DNA of 64,000 nucleotides from Phaeosaccion multiseriatum. Taxonomy: Eukaryota > Protista > Ochrophyta, other classes. Below, in pieces: positions 48,587 through 64,000 of the stretch (its first letter is position 1; each line of letters starts with the position of its first letter). A model generated the notes under the pieces. The model saw only the letters and a program-made list of their open reading frames with translations. It was not told the DNA's origin and did not search any database. A program made the position numbers and the translations under genes. The DNA lies in assembly GCA_965112735.1 (NCBI GenBank), contig OZ218956.1:2170001-2234000 (forward strand), read 5' to 3'.

Positions 48587-49124
48587 TCAAGCCAAGACCC
48601 CCTTCTGTGCTGCTGCTGCTGGCGCTGCTGGCGCTGCTGCTGCTGCTGCTGCTGCTGGCGCTGCTGCTACTCCCACCCCCCCGCCCCCGCCCTCCAGCCC
48701 GCCCTCTCCTGGTGCTGGTCCCATGAACTTGTCTCGCTGCCAAACCCCCTCACATACCCTCCCTGTGTCTCCGCTGCTCAGCCGCCCCACCCCGTGCCGC
48801 AGGTCTCCGCTCCACATGCCCACATACACATCTCCAGACGCGTATACCATTTTGCCGAGGCCTTCCCTGCAGTCGGCCTTCCATGCGCCATCGTAACGGT
48901 GTCCGGCGGGGTACTTGGCCACGCCTTTCCCGCAGCGCTGGCCGCCCACCCACTTGCCTGTCAGTCGTAGAGAGAGAGAGAGAGAGCCAGGGAGAGAAAG
49001 AGAGGGGGGGGGGGGAGGGAGGGGGAGCTGTCACGTCTGTGCACACAGACACGCACACACACGCACAACACAAAAACACCCACGCATGCCTGCACATGCA
49101 CCCACACGCACACCCCACACCCCT

Positions 49125-49221
<97 letters not shown>

Positions 49222-49935
49222 CTACCTTTGTACTCCACCCGGGTGACTCCGCAGCGGAAGGCGCCGCTCCCGTTCCTCCGCCCGTTCCTCCACTCGCCCG
49301 AGTACTCACTGCCATCGGTCCACTCGAAGCGGCCCTGACCCCGTGGCACCATCTTGTCCTCGATAGCCTGCCGCTGAATCACCAACTGCTGCTGCTGCTG
49401 CTGTTGTTGCTGTTGCTGTGGCTTGTGCTCTTGCTGCTGTTTTGTACGCTTCTGTACCACCAACGGGTTGGCCTCCACCACCCCGGCCTTGGCCATCACT
49501 CCTTCCGATGGTGTCGCAAAGGTGCCCTCATATTCCCCGATCCCCACCATCCTGAGCAAACCTTCTCCGAGAAGCATACCCGCCTCGAATCTTCCCTCAA
49601 TAGACTGCCTGGGCCTCATCTCGCTGCCAATGAGCTTGCCCTTCCCATCGGGCAAGCCCTCCGCCCACTCTCCCTCGTAGCGCCACACTCCGGAGGGTGC
49701 GAGTGTGGCGGTGCCAACTCCATGGGGCCGCCCACGCACCCACGCGCCGGTGTAGCTCAGAGCTCCGCATGCCGCCCCGCCGTCGCTGCTCTTGGTGCCA
49801 ACTTTCCCTCCTCCCCCTCCTCCTCCTGCTCCTCCCTCTTCCCTCGACCCTCCGGAGAACGTTCCGGAGCCCTGCCCGTGGGGCTTATCGTCCAACCACA
49901 GCCCCTTGTAGTTGGTCAACACATGAGAGATTGAA

Positions 49936-49966
<31 letters not shown>

Positions 49967-52082
49967 GTCTTGACGAGGAAGAAGCAGGACCCTCCTCTCG
50001 CCCCGACCGAGGTTGTGTCCTGAGCTCACCCATCCCATTGCGCGCACCATGGCTCCACTCCCCTTCGTACACCGTTCCGCTTGCCTCGTCCGAGCAGCTG
50101 CCCATGCCGTGCGGGAGCCCCTCCACGTCCACTCGGCCTCTATACGTGCCACCCCCTCCCCCTCTTCCTCCTCCCCCCCCCGAGAGCTGGACAGTCTTGA
50201 CCAGCGCCTCTTCCGCAGCCCTCGCCGCCTCTACCTCCGCTGCTTTTGCCTCCGCCTCTGCCTGAATCCACCTCTTCCCCCCCGGAGTGTATCTGTCCGC
50301 CTCATCGAGTGCAACACCGAGGTCCAGATACGCTCCTTCCGCCAGTTTGTGACCGGTCCCGCTGCAGCCCCCGAAGGAGGCCAGCCTCGCGGTGCCAGGG
50401 AGGGCACACATTGCGGCGCCGAAGCGAGGAACCGCCCCTGCTCCTCCTCCTCCTCCTCCTCCTGCGGGGATGCGGACGAGGCTTCCGTTGGGCCGTAGCA
50501 GGATTAGGTTGGTTCCGAGCAGCCCGCCGGACGAGACTCCTCCTGCGATGAGGATGAACTCGTGCTCCAACGTTTCTCTTGCTGCTTCTTCCGCTTGGGC
50601 AGCCGCATCGCTACCAGCATTACTATCAGAACCACCACCACCCATCGTCTTGCTTGGCTCCCACATCATTAGCACCTTATCTTTCTCCTCCCCGTCCGTC
50701 ACGGTGCTGCCCTTCTTGCCATTGGTCGAACCCCTCCTCGCCGCCGCCCCTCCTTTGCCCTTTTTGCCCCCACTCGTCGCCAGCGCAGCGTCCGCCCTCG
50801 CCCCCGCGTCGTCGAGTGAGGCCGTCACCTGGCAGGCTTCCGATGATAGCAGCGCCACAGGTAGCAGCAGCCCCTTGGACGGCACCGCTACCGCCACATG
50901 CATGCACACAGCGGGTAGGTTGGGCATGGAGTAGCTCCGCCACACCATCTTGTCGAGGTCGAGGATAGACACCTTTCCGGGTCTCCGTCGGGAAACGGAA
51001 GCGGTGTCGGTGCCATCGACGGTACCCCCTCCTTCTCCTTCTCCTTCGCCGCCGGTTGACGCCCCCGCTGCTGCTGGAGAGCCACCAGCCTCCTCGTCTG
51101 TGGCTGCTTCGGCCCCGGGCGGCACCTCTCCACCGAGCACGACCATGTGAGTACCATTGCTGACCACGGTGGCCGTGTGGTAGGCCAAGCAGCCCGGACT
51201 GGCGCCCAGCGTGCTGCCCAGTGTGCCTTCAAGCTCTGCCTTCCTGTGCATCTCCTCCCCCAGGTTGGTCCAGCACTTGTCGGAGGGGGAGTAGCTCCAG
51301 AGGTCGCTCAGGAACGAACCGTCTTCTGCAATGCCTCCGTACACAATCATGACCTGCTTCCCCTCGTGGACTGCCATGGCAGAGCTATGCCACGCTCGTG
51401 GAGGCGGCACCGTGGGCTCTAGCTCTTCGCCTCCATCTTCTCCCGCTGCTGCTGCTGCCGCGGCCGCCGTTGCTGCAGCCGCCGCCGCCGCTGCTGCGGC
51501 AGCACCTGCAGAGCCTTTCGCCTCATTCGCTAATGCCGCAGTTGCGGCTGCTGCGATGGCCTCTGGATCCGGACGGGTGAGCTCTACTTCGCTCCACAAG
51601 ACCCTCCGAAGGCTGGGTTCGATCCTTGCCTCACACAAGTCTCCGAGCCTCTTTACTCCACCTCCTCTCCCCCGACCCTGTTCCGCTTTGGTCTCCCCTC
51701 CATACAGGAGCAGTACCATGGCGTCATCCACACCCCCTCCCATGGTAACAGCAGTCGCCCCGCTCCTCCCACATGGGACGTCACCAGCGAGACCCGCTGC
51801 TAAATCTCTCCAGCAGCCCCTTCGCCCGCTCTTGCCCTCGCTCCGAACTAGGAAAGCGACATCGCTGTAGGCCGGCACCGAAGCTCCTCCCACGACAGCC
51901 ACCAGGCCAGATGCAAAGCCCACGGCCGAGCCTCCACAGATACGGGGAAGCTGCTGCTTCCCTCCTCCTCCTCCCCCTCCTCCTCCTCCTCCTGCTCCAT
52001 TCTTGTCAATCCTCGGTAGCAGCTGAGGATCCTCCTCATCCTCGGTCTCCACTTCCCATTCTAGCTTTGGGAAGTCACCCAT
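48587..52082 (-). CDS. Kelch-repeat plus MORN-repeat protein
   Basis: Exons 52082-49226 and 48957-48587. Kelch blades: [27 protein letters not shown]...LSDLWSY...W, HMVVLGG. More than 10 MORN repeats ([42 protein letters not shown]). Confidence 0.88.
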
Positions 52083-52352
52083 ACTACTGCTGCTGCCCCC
52101 CCCGCCCGTCAATGATCGTAATTATCTCGTAATGCATCGTAAATTTGGTTTGCGGTTTCATCTCCAGATGGCGACGACCTGCGCATGTTGCACATCCGTT
52201 CAACGGCGCTTGGGTAGCTAGATCTTCAGGCATGCTGGGTGGATGTAGGGACCGCTGGAGGCCTAAGCCGGCGTAACTCTCCCCCCTCCACCTCCGGGGG
52301 GGTTGGTGGCCGTGTAGAGCAGGTGTAATTGCAGGCACTACAAGGCGAAACA

Positions 52353-63019
<10,667 letters not shown>

Positions 63020-63528
63020 GGCCGAGGCTGAGTAAGGCAGCAAGGGGCTGGGCCAGACAGAGAGATTTATTTGTTACACCCTCCCCCTGACAAGATGACA
63101 CGATACCACAGAGGAGATTGAAAGTAGCGAGATTATGATATTCTTTGATTTTAAGTATATATATAATCCCGTCCGTCATTCATGTCTTCTCTCCCCCCCT
63201 TCCACCAGTATGACCAAGACTATTATTTTAAAGGGTCAGAGCAGAGCTAAAAAAATTGGCAAGTAAGTAAAGTAGTACGATATTCAATGATAGAGCACTC
63301 AACACGCAAGGAGCAGCCAAAAATTTGGTTGGTTGGTGGTGGGTGCGTGGCATGGAATGGGCGCACCCACCCAACCACCAACCCACACACAGCCAACCAA
63401 TCAATCCAAGTCGTTGTTGAAATGTCTCGTCCGTCCGTCCGTCCGTCCCGCCTCCCGTCCACCAGACTGTTATCCTCCCAGTTTGAGGTCCCAATTCCAG
63501 TCCCAGTAGATGTGTGACTTAGGTCTCC

Positions 63529-64000
63529 TTAGGTGTCCTTCGATTCGTAGAGGCCATTCTCCTCGGCGAACTCCTCCTCGTCCGTGTCCATGTCCTGCCC
63601 CTCCTTAATCTTGTCCTTTAGCCTCTTGATCATTTGCTTCTGCTCCCTCTTGCTCAGCTTCTTCTTCTGCTTAATCTTCTCCGTGTTGCCGCTGGCGTCT
63701 GTCATCTCGGTAATCTGTTGCGTGTCGGCAATCTTCTCGTCCTGCCTGTCCATCCAGGGCCCATCCAGGCCACGAGTGGTCAAGTGCCCGCTGTCCATCA
63801 CCCACTCCTCGGGACACACCGTCGACACAAACTCATTGTTGTGGGAGATGATCACCACACCTCCCGAGAAGTCCTCAATGGCACTGGCGAGGGCTCCGAG
63901 GGACTCCCGGTCGAGGTAGTTGGTGGGCTCGTCGAGGATGACAATGTGGGGCTGGTTCCACATCGCAGCCGCGAGCACCACCTTCACCTTCTGCCCTCCG
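63529..64000 (-). CDS. EF3: Translation elongation factor 3 (eEF3, ABCF-related), C-terminal part only
   Basis: GGQKVKVVLAAAMWNQPHIVILDEPTNYLDRESLGALASAI..F.GGVVIISH and the D..GN..K.K.KKKLS basic/acidic tail typical of eEF3. Confidence 0.9.
   Translation of the reverse strand, partial: GGQKVKVVLAAAMWNQPHIVILDEPTNYLDRESLGALASAIEDFSGGVVIISHNNEFVSTVCPEEWVMDSGHLTTRGLDGPWMDRQDEKIADTQQITEMTDASGNTEKIKQKKKLSKREQKQMIKRLKDKIKEGQDMDTDEEEFAEENGLYESKDT

Overview
Intron-rich eukaryotic nuclear DNA from a photosynthetic stramenopile (ochrophyte). The evidence is an ochrophyte-type CYP97B, bipartite plastid-targeting N-termini and an eEF3 gene; the exact lineage cannot be determined. I assembled about 16 spliced genes by hand from GT(GC)-AG junctions and reading phase: CUL1 (5' partial), a divergent H2A(.X)/H2B pair, SEC62, two uncharacterised genes, RPS9, a plastid protein, a 2OG-Fe(II) oxygenase, KU80, a disrupted gene fragment, NAXD, CYP97B, an FHA-like/AT-hook/RanBP2-ZnF/UIM protein, a Kelch-MORN protein, an 18-exon IQ-WW-pseudocaspase-FN3-ARM protein and eEF3 (5' partial). 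Most genes sit in tight head-to-head pairs and most introns are full of microsatellites. The most notable observations are: (1) the catalytically dead caspase-fold scaffold, invisible in the ORF track; (2) an in-frame TAA that hides an intact second RanBP2 zinc finger; (3) intron-containing histone genes sharing a 3' stem-loop plus a second post-stop motif; (4) a 278-bp MITE with 26-bp TIRs and a 6-bp TSD next to a candidate C/D snoRNA in one intron; (5) a 5'-truncated RLE-type (CRE-like) retrotransposon with an 11-bp TSD and no poly(A). All domain calls are by eye; no database searches were run.
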